DNA of 64,000 bases, taken from sequence record MK373774.1; one strand, written 5' to 3'. This document shows positions 1-8,153 of the stretch, in pieces; positions within the stretch are counted from its first letter, which is position 1, and each line of letters starts with the position of its first letter. Both the position numbers and the translations under genes were made by a program. The DNA is from Escherichia phage vB_EcoM_WFL6982. The notes beneath the pieces were generated by a model. The model did not search any database, was not told the DNA's origin, and saw only the letters and a list, made by a program, of their open reading frames with translations.

Positions 1-125
1 ACTAGCAAGTTCAGAAATACGTGCTAATAGACTTTCAGCTTCAACCAAAGCTGCACCTAGCTTAGTTGCAAATGTGTCAGTAGCTTCGTTAAGAATAGAT
101 TCTGATAAAAATTCACTATATGTTT

Positions 126-614
126 TCATATATACGCTTTCCAAGTTCCTGTTTTAAATGTTGAGATTACGCGTTTCGCGCGATTAGGTGTCTGACGATA
201 CCATTTAGATTGGGCTAGATTTACTGCCGCTTCATCCCAACGTTTCTGTTGAAGCATACGAAGAGAATTAGTAAAACCGGCGACTCCTGCTACACCCATT
301 TGGAAGACCATATTGACCAATGCACACCGACGAACTGCATCTAAAGAATCATATACCGGTTTAAGTTTAGCATTACCCAAGATTCCGCGGACGGCTTTAT
401 CAACGTCTTCATTAAATAGCTTTTCAGCCTCATCAAGGGTAATTGTACCGTTGCATTTACGACCGATCATTCTGTCAAGTTCAGCTTTAGCTACGGCTAA
501 AGACGGGTTCTTTGTTACTAAATGGCCTATGCCAATAGTCCAAAAGCCTTCGGTGTCTTTGTATAAAGTCAGTCTAAGACCTTCGTCATTACGAAGCATT
601 TCAAATATATTCAT
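126..614 (-). CDS. e: T4-type lysozyme (endolysin)
   Basis: Translation [21 protein letters not shown] matches T4 lysozyme nearly end to end; GGAGG SD upstream of ATG at 614. Confidence 0.95.
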   Translation of the reverse strand: MNIFEMLRNDEGLRLTLYKDTEGFWTIGIGHLVTKNPSLAVAKAELDRMIGRKCNGTITLDEAEKLFNEDVDKAVRGILGNAKLKPVYDSLDAVRRCALVNMVFQMGVAGVAGFTNSLRMLQQKRWDEAAVNLAQSKWYRQTPNRAKRVISTFKTGTWKAYI

Positions 615-648
615 AATACCTCCCACGTTTATAGGAGGTATTTATTAC

Positions 649-1077
649 TTATAGGAGTGTAGTGAGCACCTTATATAATGATTTGCCCATTACATATTCC
701 CATTGAGAAGGTTTAATTAAAGCGAATGCATCAAATTCAGGAATCTGTCGTCCGTCTGGGAATGTATGATAGGAATTACAAACACTGTTTCTGAATTGCT
801 CGTGCTCTACAGGGATGGTATATAGGAACAGATGAATATTCTTATTGTCTGAGTAATGATGTTCACCTAGGTCTTTCAGGAAGGCAGGGTCATATTGTGT
901 AAACCCAGTTTCTTCTTCGCATTCACGAAGAGCTTCAAGGCCACACATAGGCTCGATACCAGTAATGTGAACTTGATTAATCTGATACTCTACATCTTCT
1001 AACTGAGCGAAAACATAACGACGTTCTGCTGCACAACCAGGTTTAGCTTTACCGAAACGTTTATTCAAAGTAGTCAT
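649..1077 (-). CDS. nudE: Nudix hydrolase
   Basis: Position immediately downstream of e as in T4; start MTTLNKR preceded by GGAGA; assigned mainly by synteny. Confidence 0.7.
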   Translation of the reverse strand: MTTLNKRFGKAKPGCAAERRYVFAQLEDVEYQINQVHITGIEPMCGLEALRECEEETGFTQYDPAFLKDLGEHHYSDNKNIHLFLYTIPVEHEQFRNSVCNSYHTFPDGRQIPEFDAFALIKPSQWEYVMGKSLYKVLTTLL

Positions 1078-1099
1078 TTTTATATCTCCATTCACTCAT

Positions 1100-1150
1100 T
1101 TGTTTTGATAGGTCTATAGTATCAACAACTACAGACCTTGTAAACTGTTT
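1100..1150 (-). promoter_or_regulatory. T4-type early promoter (GTTTAC -35, TACTAT -10) with inverted repeat
   Basis: Minus strand GTTTAC-N18-TACTAT followed by CCTATCAA box; one of eight copies of the same architecture. Confidence 0.55.
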
Positions 1151-1157
1151 TGTGAAA

Positions 1158-2114
1158 TTATTTGAAAGGTTTTACCATATGAAAGTTTTGTTTGAAACGC
1201 TTGACGTAATCGTCGTGTCCTAAGCTTTGGTACATACTTACTACTTTGCTATAATTTTCCCAAGCGAACTCACGGAACCATCCTGATGTGATTGATGTAC
1301 AGACCTTTTCAAGGGCCATCATAAAACTATCACGTGGATGGATTTTAAAGTCGTTAGGAATCTGTGAACGTTCAAGAGCTAATACACAAGCTTCTTCATA
1401 TACACCGGCTAATTTAACCATTTCTGGTAATGATTCGAACTTCTCGCGTGATGTCATAACTTCTGAGCCTTCTTTCATATAAAACTTATAAGCAGGCTGG
1501 TCAGTTAGTGCAATGGCTTCATGGATAGTATCATGGTCATACGTATAGATGTCATCTTTAAAGAACGCACTTTTAGAAGTGTCAAGAACTGGGTGAGCAT
1601 AATTCAAGGTTTCTTTCTGGCGTTTCAGCATAATTTCAGTAAGTTCATCGTTCAGTGTAACACCTTTACCACGAAGATACTGAATATGGTTCATAGTCTT
1701 TAAAAAGAATGGATTATTTTTCTTGAAACGATGAGACATCTTAATTGCAAGACATATCTCAGGAGTTGCCCAGTAAAACCCGTTCAAACGGTCTTTAGTC
1801 AAATTTTTCTTGGCGTATTTTAAAAGGTCATAAGAAGACGTGAAATCTTCAGGAGTGAGTTCACCGACTAATTCACGGACATTAGTGATTGCCGGAACAA
1901 TATATGCTTCAAAATGAGTTTCGCGTCCATTATGGAAGCATTTGAAAACTTGGACATCAGGGTTATCTTGGTGAACATATACACCCATCATTTGATTTTT
2001 GAATGTATTCCAAGAACCTTGGTCCGCAATAAAGTCCCAATCACTATTTTTAATAGCGCTAGAATCAATAAGACCGTGATAGTGAAGTGCACGAGAACCA
2101 ATAACTAACATCAT
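1158..2114 (-). CDS. hypothetical protein, possible minimal nucleotidyltransferase fold
   Basis: 318-aa ORF with GAGGAAA SD; N-terminal IGSRAL...SDWDFIAD resembles the hG[GS]...DxD polymerase-beta-like motif (spacing longer than typical). Confidence 0.6.
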   Translation of the reverse strand: MMLVIGSRALHYHGLIDSSAIKNSDWDFIADQGSWNTFKNQMMGVYVHQDNPDVQVFKCFHNGRETHFEAYIVPAITNVRELVGELTPEDFTSSYDLLKYAKKNLTKDRLNGFYWATPEICLAIKMSHRFKKNNPFFLKTMNHIQYLRGKGVTLNDELTEIMLKRQKETLNYAHPVLDTSKSAFFKDDIYTYDHDTIHEAIALTDQPAYKFYMKEGSEVMTSREKFESLPEMVKLAGVYEEACVLALERSQIPNDFKIHPRDSFMMALEKVCTSITSGWFREFAWENYSKVVSMYQSLGHDDYVKRFKQNFHMVKPFK

Positions 2115-2142
2115 AATATTTTCCTCGGATTAATTCATTAAC

Positions 2143-2382
2143 TTAAATTTCACGACATGCGATATTATATTCATCCCAGAGGTCATCATGTGAAGCCTCT
2201 ACCAATGGAACGATTGTACCGTTTATGTCTTCATTATAAGGGCAAATTGTACAGTGCGCATCTTCGAATCGGATGCCTTTGTGTTCAGATTTTTTATAAC
2301 GCATATCGAATATCTTTGCAAACTTTTCACGAGTAATGGTTTTACCAACCACTTTGGTTCCGATACTTTCGTAATAAATCAT
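2143..2382 (-). CDS. hypothetical protein
   Basis: ORF with GGAG SD before MIYYES start; early promoter immediately upstream. Confidence 0.5.
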   Translation of the reverse strand: MIYYESIGTKVVGKTITREKFAKIFDMRYKKSEHKGIRFEDAHCTICPYNEDINGTIVPLVEASHDDLWDEYNIACREI

Positions 2383-2397
2383 TGTGGACTCCATTTG

Positions 2398-2445
2398 GTT
2401 TGATAGGACTACTATAACATAGCCCTATCTTGTTGTAAACTGTTT
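2398..2445 (-). promoter_or_regulatory. T4-type early promoter with inverted repeat
   Basis: Minus strand GTTTAC-N18-TATAGT-AGTCCTATCAA. Confidence 0.55.
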
Positions 2446-2642
2446 TAGCAAGAATAACTAGATGATACCCAGCCTTGAACAGTGATACTATTGTGGGATA
2501 ATGAGATCGCGTCCTGGAGATTCAGACCTGCGTTATCTTCAATCCATAATGTAACTTCTTCGCGTTCTTCTGTTGCAATTTGGAACAGGTTTTCCAGAGC
2601 AGCTACTGTCGTACGTACAGCACAATCTAATTCACGAGACAT
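2445..2642 (-). CDS. small protein, C-terminal GWVSSSxxC family member
   Basis: 65 aa; C-terminus QGWVSSSYSC shared with two neighbouring ORFs. Confidence 0.5.
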   Translation of the reverse strand: MSRELDCAVRTTVAALENLFQIATEEREEVTLWIEDNAGLNLQDAISLSHNSITVQGWVSSSYSC

Positions 2643-2651
2643 ATTGTTTCC

Positions 2652-2924
2652 TTAGCAAGTGTGAGAAGATGCGACCCAACCACCAGTTTCGAGGCTCAGG
2701 TTGTAGTCGTATTGGTAAACGTCAGCCCATTCAGCATAGCCGTTTTTTGTACAACGTTCAAGATCGGCTTTAAGATGTCCGGGTGAATGATAGGTTCCAC
2801 CCATACCATAAGCTGGATACAAGACGAATGTTGTGTTTTGTTTATCAGCAATTTCTTTGGCAGCCTCAATAGCTGCATAAATTTTTGCTACAGCTTCAGC
2901 CAGTTCGGTTTGTTCTTTAGACAT
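2652..2924 (-). CDS. small protein, C-terminal GWVSSSxxC family member
   Basis: 90 aa; KEIADK..YGMGGTYHSPG and C-terminal GGWVASSHTC paralogous to 2934-3239. Confidence 0.55.
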   Translation of the reverse strand: MSKEQTELAEAVAKIYAAIEAAKEIADKQNTTFVLYPAYGMGGTYHSPGHLKADLERCTKNGYAEWADVYQYDYNLSLETGGWVASSHTC

Positions 2925-2933
2925 AATGATTCC

Positions 2934-3239
2934 TTAGCACAACGCAGAAGACGAAACCCAAGCACCTTCAGTAATAACGTAACCATTACCTTCACGCTTA
3001 ACATCGCCACCATTATTTTCAATTTCATCTTTCATCCACTGGGATACGATTTCACCCTTAGGATAATAAGTACGACCGCTACCATAATCACCTACAGAAA
3101 ATGATACGGCATATTGGTCTGCGATCTTTGTTGCTTCTTCTTCGATACGTTCAGCTTGATTCAGAAGTTTATAAATTGCATCTGAAGCGGATTTGGCATC
3201 ATTAAACTCTGGTACTTTAATTTCAATAATCTTACTCAT
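2934..3239 (-). CDS. small protein, C-terminal GWVSSSxxC family member
   Basis: 101 aa; TKIADQ..YGSGRTYYPKG and C-terminal GAWVSSSALC. Confidence 0.55.
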   Translation of the reverse strand: MSKIIEIKVPEFNDAKSASDAIYKLLNQAERIEEEATKIADQYAVSFSVGDYGSGRTYYPKGEIVSQWMKDEIENNGGDVKREGNGYVITEGAWVSSSALC

Positions 3240-3595
3240 TTTCTACATTCCTTAATAAAGTTTTCGATTGTTTCATTTTCACGTCTAGCTAGGAGTTCAT
3301 TATAACTAATCATTTGAGAAGCGTAAACCTTTTTATTTTTCTTGTTATGGTTTATAAAATCGTAGTAAAAATAGACTACAGTACAAAAGGATGCGATGGA
3401 TGCAAAGGCTTGGGTATACCGTAAGTCCTGCCATTGGTCTGTGAATCCACCAGTGTTCCCTATAAATCCTAACACAACGCCATCAATAAGAAATCCAACT
3501 AATCCAAAGGCAAATCCCATGCCGGCGCTCATGATAAAAATTAAAATATTCTCACCAAGAGAAGGCCATACGGTTAAGAGTTGAGGCTTTTGCAT
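3236..3595 (-). CDS. small membrane protein
   Basis: Hydrophobic stretch MSAGMGFAFGLVGFLIDGVVLGFIG in the translation; overlaps neighbours by a few nt. Confidence 0.5.
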   Translation of the reverse strand: MQKPQLLTVWPSLGENILIFIMSAGMGFAFGLVGFLIDGVVLGFIGNTGGFTDQWQDLRYTQAFASIASFCTVVYFYYDFINHNKKNKKVYASQMISYNELLARRENETIENFIKECRK

Positions 3596-3933
3596 CTTAT
3601 TTCCTTAACGAATTCCATAGCTTCTTCATATTCATACTTTTTAACAGCTTCATCATACTGAGCTTGGGCTTTTGCGCACTGAACTTTCCACTCGCGAACT
3701 CGAGCTCTGTGATGACGGCCTTGGTGCCAATATCCTGCCCAATTAATAGGCATTAATAAAAATGGTACAATAAGTGGGGCGACGAACATTAATGAAAATG
3801 CTGCATCAGACGATATAACTTTACTAGAATCTAAAACAGCTCCTATAATCATAAAGATTAAAAATGCTAAAGCTAAAATAGGGCCAAATAGTACTTCGTT
3901 TGGGATTAATTTACGTTTGTATTCGTATGCCAA
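3574..3933 (-). CDS. small membrane protein (start uncertain, possibly TTG)
   Basis: Translation has YKRK followed by a hydrophobic helix; first codon in frame is TTG just after a hairpin plus T-tract; no ATG until codon 28. Confidence 0.4.
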   Translation of the reverse strand: MAYEYKRKLIPNEVLFGPILALAFLIFMIIGAVLDSSKVISSDAAFSLMFVAPLIVPFLLMPINWAGYWHQGRHHRARVREWKVQCAKAQAQYDEAVKKYEYEEAMEFVKEIRCKSLNS

Positions 3934-3960
3934 AAAGCCCCAACCTTTCGGAAGGGGCTA
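3934..3960 (-). terminator. stem-loop plus U-tract immediately upstream of the 3933 ORF
   Basis: Minus strand GCCCCTTCC-GAAA-GGTTGGGGC followed by TTTTT. Confidence 0.4.
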
Positions 3961-4010
3961 TGCCTTGCGGCAACCTTGTCGGGGTTCCACCTGCTAAGGC
4001 AAGTGTTTGT

Positions 4011-4102
4011 ACGAAACGCCGGGATTTGAACCCGGTTATTAAGTAGTTGACGCTACTCAATATTTTTAAAAGGCCATATCTCGACCATATCCGAACGTTC
4101 CG
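4011..4102 (-). ncRNA. tRNA-like structured RNA candidate (not a canonical tRNA)
   Basis: Minus strand has a canonical T-arm CCGGG-TTCAAAT-CCCGG and a 7-bp acceptor-like pairing 92 nt apart, but D and anticodon arms do not fold canonically. Confidence 0.25.
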
Positions 4103-4270
4103 TCAAAAACGCTACTCGGCTTACGGCAAAGATATTTCCTCGAATCGATAATTCTGTGCGCCGTTTCTGCTGTGATGTAAGGGGATATTAACAAATCGTA
4201 AAGATTTATTAAGACCAGTCCTTACTCAGGGAACATCAGTCCGACGACTTACCGGTAGCGACCCGGCTTC

Positions 4271-4615
4271 TTATTTTGACATATCATCAATTTGCTCTCG
4301 ACGCCGACGCCATAGATTAATCGCTTCATTAACACATTCGGCGTTTGGTATATGACGGCAATAATATAATGATTCGCGTTTCTGGAACCGATGTTGCAAC
4401 GGGATTTCGTTTAAAAGGTCTTTACGGTCAAAGTATTCAAAACTAGTTAACCCAGAACGATTTTTAAGAAACTTCCAATGTCCGAATTCATTTTGAAAAT
4501 AGACATAATCAGCATGCTGATACAGCGAATTAATTAACCTATCGGAAATAACTGTTTCACGTTCGTTAAAATAAAATGTTAAGTCATGAACTACCAGATA
4601 AATATTGCCTTTCAT
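4271..4615 (-). CDS. hypothetical protein
   Basis: ORF taken from internal Met MKGNIYLVVHD so that it does not overlap tRNA-Arg. Confidence 0.5.
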   Translation of the reverse strand: MKGNIYLVVHDLTFYFNERETVISDRLINSLYQHADYVYFQNEFGHWKFLKNRSGLTSFEYFDRKDLLNEIPLQHRFQKRESLYYCRHIPNAECVNEAINLWRRRREQIDDMSK

Positions 4616-4633
4616 ATTTTCCTCACTTAAAGT

Positions 4634-4709
4634 TGGTGCCTCTAGAAAGATTTGAACTCTCACCATTAACCTTAGAATGATTATATGCTATCCATTACAC
4701 TATAGAGGC
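4634..4709 (-). tRNA. tRNA-Arg (anticodon TCT)
   Basis: Hand-folded cloverleaf: perfect 7-bp acceptor GCCTCTA/TAGAGGC, T-arm GAGAG-TTCAAAT-CTTTC, anticodon loop ATTCTAA, encoded CCA; 76 nt. Confidence 0.8.
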
Positions 4710-5366
4710 AATTAAATTATTTACAATATCTTCTTTATAAACTTCAGCATAATGAAGTTCATATATTTCCCATCCTAATGATTTTATAATATCATGGCGT
4801 TCTTTATAATAAGGGGCCAAAATCTTTTTCTTAGGATTGGAGTAATGTTGGTTTCCATTAACTTCAATAATAATCTTTTTATCTATTAAAGCAATATCCG
4901 TGCAATACGCTCGGTTTTTAACCGGTTGGTATTCTTCAATAAATGAAATTCCATTTTCTATTAATTTAGATTTCAAAAATTCACAAGGCACAGATTTAAA
5001 TTTTGTATTTTTCTTCCAAGGATGTTTATCGGGGTTTTCATTCAACCATTTTTTCCGAGCATTAGATATTTTTATTCTAGCTTCCTCAGAGTGTTCTCTA
5101 CCTAATGAAGCGGCTGACAATTTTTGTCTAGTCTCTTCCGAAATTACTACAGGAACACCAGTCTTTTTAGATACAACATACTGGTTTAAATTACCTGAAG
5201 CTATACGTGCTTTATTCATTGCTGCAATGGCTGATTTAGAACTTTCTTTATACAATTCCAATTTAGGGTTGGATTTACACCATCTAGTGTGGTTAGCCAT
5301 CCATCCTTTAGGTTTATTAGAAATATCAAATTCCATATTACAATGTTTACAAATGCTCATTACCAA
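4695..5366 (-). CDS. putative homing endonuclease (zinc ribbon, NUMOD3 repeats, Vsr/DUF559-like C-terminal region)
   Basis: N-terminal CKHC..HTRWC; tandem ISEETRQKLSAA and HSEEARIKISNA NUMOD3-like motifs; C-terminal IIEVNGNQH...SLGWEIYEL; sits where segB sits in T4 as I recall. Confidence 0.6.
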   Translation of the reverse strand: MVMSICKHCNMEFDISNKPKGWMANHTRWCKSNPKLELYKESSKSAIAAMNKARIASGNLNQYVVSKKTGVPVVISEETRQKLSAASLGREHSEEARIKISNARKKWLNENPDKHPWKKNTKFKSVPCEFLKSKLIENGISFIEEYQPVKNRAYCTDIALIDKKIIIEVNGNQHYSNPKKKILAPYYKERHDIIKSLGWEIYELHYAEVYKEDIVNNLIASIV

Positions 5367-5434
5367 TTATCTCCTATAAAATATAGGAGTATTTATTATT
5401 TGGATAGAGCACTTAATTTACTTCGTTTAAATTA

Positions 5435-5506
5435 CTGGCGCACTTGGACTCGAACCAAGATAAAGGAGTTAACAGCTCCCCGTAATAACCTTTATACGAT
5501 GCACCA
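5435..5506 (-). tRNA. tRNA-Asn (anticodon GTT)
   Basis: Hand-folded: acceptor TGGTGCA/TGCGCCA, anticodon arm GGGAG-CTGTTAA-CTCCT, T-arm CTTGG-TTCGAGT-CCAAG; 72 nt. Confidence 0.7.
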
Positions 5507-5512
5507 TTTGTT

Positions 5513-5587
5513 TGGTGACCCTGGCTGGTTTCGATCCAGCTACCTATCAGTTATGAGCTGACAGCTCTCCCATTGAGCTACAGGGCC
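5513..5587 (-). tRNA. tRNA with CAT anticodon (Met, or Ile if lysidine-modified)
   Basis: Hand-folded: acceptor GGCCCTG/CAGGGTC, D-arm GCTC..GAGC, anticodon loop CTCATAA, T-arm GCTGG-ATCGAAA-CCAGC, encoded CCA; 75 nt. Confidence 0.75.
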
Positions 5588-5666
5588 TAAATAACTTTCT
5601 ATTATGAAAGGCACTTTAGAGCACCTTTGGTAATAGAGGGTATGAATTAATAATAACACATAATTC

Positions 5667-6182
5667 TTAAAGCAAATCAATCATTTTAACAGTTGGCAAA
5701 ACGATTTCTTCTTCAATATAAGCAAATTCAACACATTCAACTACACGCAAGAAATCATAATCATAATATTCAGAAGCATGACCAAGAATATCAATGAGAC
5801 CTTCTGATACTAAATATCCATTCTCATGGAACAGGTCAAATACACGCGATTCGTCTTCTTCAGATTTATTACCAAGGTCGACTTCAATATCAAAGACCTT
5901 TTTAATGAATTCTGGATAAAGCTGGTCTGAGAACAATCCTTCAACCAAGTATTCATAGATTAAAAGCGAACAATCACTGAATAGTGTATTACCACAGTAA
6001 TGTTCAGCTTTAGTGCTAGAATGACGACTCTTAAATTTCTTCAAGAGATATTTAAACTGTTGGAGCTCATGCTCTTCCACTTCAAACAATGTTTTGGTTT
6101 TATAGTTGTCACCATCATTTTCATAGGTAGTGACATCAATTACGTAACCCTTAGGAATTGTACTGCCTAAACAAATATTCAT
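5667..6182 (-). CDS. hypothetical protein (acidic)
   Basis: 171-aa ORF in the early operon between the tRNA cluster and ipI. Confidence 0.5.
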   Translation of the reverse strand: MNICLGSTIPKGYVIDVTTYENDGDNYKTKTLFEVEEHELQQFKYLLKKFKSRHSSTKAEHYCGNTLFSDCSLLIYEYLVEGLFSDQLYPEFIKKVFDIEVDLGNKSEEDESRVFDLFHENGYLVSEGLIDILGHASEYYDYDFLRVVECVEFAYIEEEIVLPTVKMIDLL

Positions 6183-6186
6183 TTAC

Positions 6187-6477
6187 TCACCGTACCATAT
6201 TAATGTAATTATATTCAATGCAACGTAATTTCAAAGGATTCTTGAAAATATCATATTCAAGAGGACCTTTTTCTGTTTCAATAAAGAAATCAAAGTTCAC
6301 ACTATTAAATTTGCGGTCTTCCCAAAGTAATTTAACCTGTGAAGATGAACGGTCGACGTAAACCTTTTCAACTTCAAAGTGGGTCAAAATACCATAGTAA
6401 TCGACTAGTGCTTTAGCTGCAGCTCGGTCGCTTTCATATCCATTCTCAACGGATTTTACCTTAGCATAAAGAATCAT
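6187..6477 (-). CDS. hypothetical protein
   Basis: 96-aa ORF, tightly packed with neighbours. Confidence 0.45.
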   Translation of the reverse strand: MILYAKVKSVENGYESDRAAAKALVDYYGILTHFEVEKVYVDRSSSQVKLLWEDRKFNSVNFDFFIETEKGPLEYDIFKNPLKLRCIEYNYINMVR

Positions 6478-6842
6478 GAATGTTCCACCATTTCAAAGGT
6501 ATGAGCATCAACAATATGATACCAGTCAAAATTTTCTTCTGCGTTTTTATAAATTTCGCGAAGAGCTTCAACAGTTTTTCCTGTAGCAACAAGGTCGTCA
6601 ATACCGCCAAGAGGATAACAGTCACCAGCAAACAGAAGGAAATTAATAGTTTCTGTAGGTTCTGTAGGTTCTGGATGCAGAACACCATTATCATCTACTA
6701 CTTCAAAGAATGTGTAAGAAGGAGTACAAGTTTTAATCCAGGCCCATGCTTGAGCTGCTGAATCAAACGGATTACGGAATAAACGACAATCCGGGTCTTT
6801 AGAAGGATTTGCTTCAAAATCCGCATATATGTGATATTTCAT
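6474..6842 (-). CDS. hypothetical protein
   Basis: Start MKYHIY preceded by AAGGTGAG SD. Confidence 0.5.
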   Translation of the reverse strand: MKYHIYADFEANPSKDPDCRLFRNPFDSAAQAWAWIKTCTPSYTFFEVVDDNGVLHPEPTEPTETINFLLFAGDCYPLGGIDDLVATGKTVEALREIYKNAEENFDWYHIVDAHTFEMVEHS

Positions 6843-6843
6843 T

Positions 6844-7041
6844 TTACTCACCTTTTGCAATTTTATCCATAACGATAGCGATTAAGCCGATTAGAAATGC
6901 TACTACCAATGAGATAGAGTTTTCAGTTGTTGTCAGTAGTCCACAAATGAATCCTACAAACATCGAAAAACTAAAAGCCATTGAAGCAATTACTACAGCA
7001 ACATTACGAATCAGTTCAGCGCGTTTCATTTTATTCTCCAT
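6844..7041 (-). CDS. small membrane protein
   Basis: 65 aa, almost entirely hydrophobic; early promoter directly upstream. Confidence 0.45.
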   Translation of the reverse strand: MENKMKRAELIRNVAVVIASMAFSFSMFVGFICGLLTTTENSISLVVAFLIGLIAIVMDKIAKGE

Positions 7042-7051
7042 TTACTCATTT

Positions 7052-7100
7052 GATTTGATAGGACTACTATAACATAGTCCTATCAGCATGTAAACTACTT
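7052..7100 (-). promoter_or_regulatory. T4-type early promoter with perfect 9-bp inverted repeat
   Basis: Minus strand GTTTAC-N18-TATAGT; GATAGGACT/AGTCCTATC arms flank the -10. Confidence 0.55.
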
Positions 7101-7386
7101 ACAGAAGAGTTTTTGCAATAATTTTAAGCTGAGCTACAGAAATATGCTTAGCTTTAAACAGTGCAGTCTCTTCGGCCGGAGAGATAACAATAGTAGCGCC
7201 GTCTTTCTTAGCAGACCATCCATCCCCTAAGTAAACAGTACCTTTTACTTCTTCGCCGTCAACCAGGCTAATCATTGGTTTACCCTCACGTCCTTTATTT
7301 GCTTTAATAACTTCGGAAGTAAGGGTTGCTTCGGTCAGAGTAGAAACGTTAGCAAAAGGTGATATAAATTCTTTATAGGATTTCAT
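7099..7386 (-). CDS. ipI: internal protein I (anti-restriction, packaged)
   Basis: Translation ..GREGKPMISLVDGEEVKGTVYLGDGWSAKKDGATIVISPAEETALFKAKHIS.. matches T4 IPI. Confidence 0.85.
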   Translation of the reverse strand: MKSYKEFISPFANVSTLTEATLTSEVIKANKGREGKPMISLVDGEEVKGTVYLGDGWSAKKDGATIVISPAEETALFKAKHISVAQLKIIAKTLL

Positions 7387-7407
7387 TTTATTTCCTTGAG
7401 GTTATTT

Positions 7408-7455
7408 ATTTGATAGGATGATAGTATCACACCATCATCCTTATGTAAACTGTTT
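7408..7455 (-). promoter_or_regulatory. T4-type early promoter with inverted repeat
   Basis: Minus strand GTTTAC-N18-TACTAT; AGGATGATG/CATCATCCT arms. Confidence 0.55.
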
Positions 7456-7463
7456 TGTGAAAA

Positions 7464-8149
<686 letters not shown>

Positions 8150-8153
8150 TTTA

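Noticed and set aside
313-654. 113-aa plus-strand ORF antisense to lysozyme gene e
   Set aside because: Entirely overlaps a confidently identified gene on the other strand; low-complexity Ser/Leu-rich translation typical of antisense frames.
4011-4102. Possible type II (long variable arm) tRNA
   Set aside because: T-arm and acceptor pair well, but no acceptable D-arm or 7-nt anticodon loop could be folded by hand; kept only as a low-confidence structured-RNA candidate.
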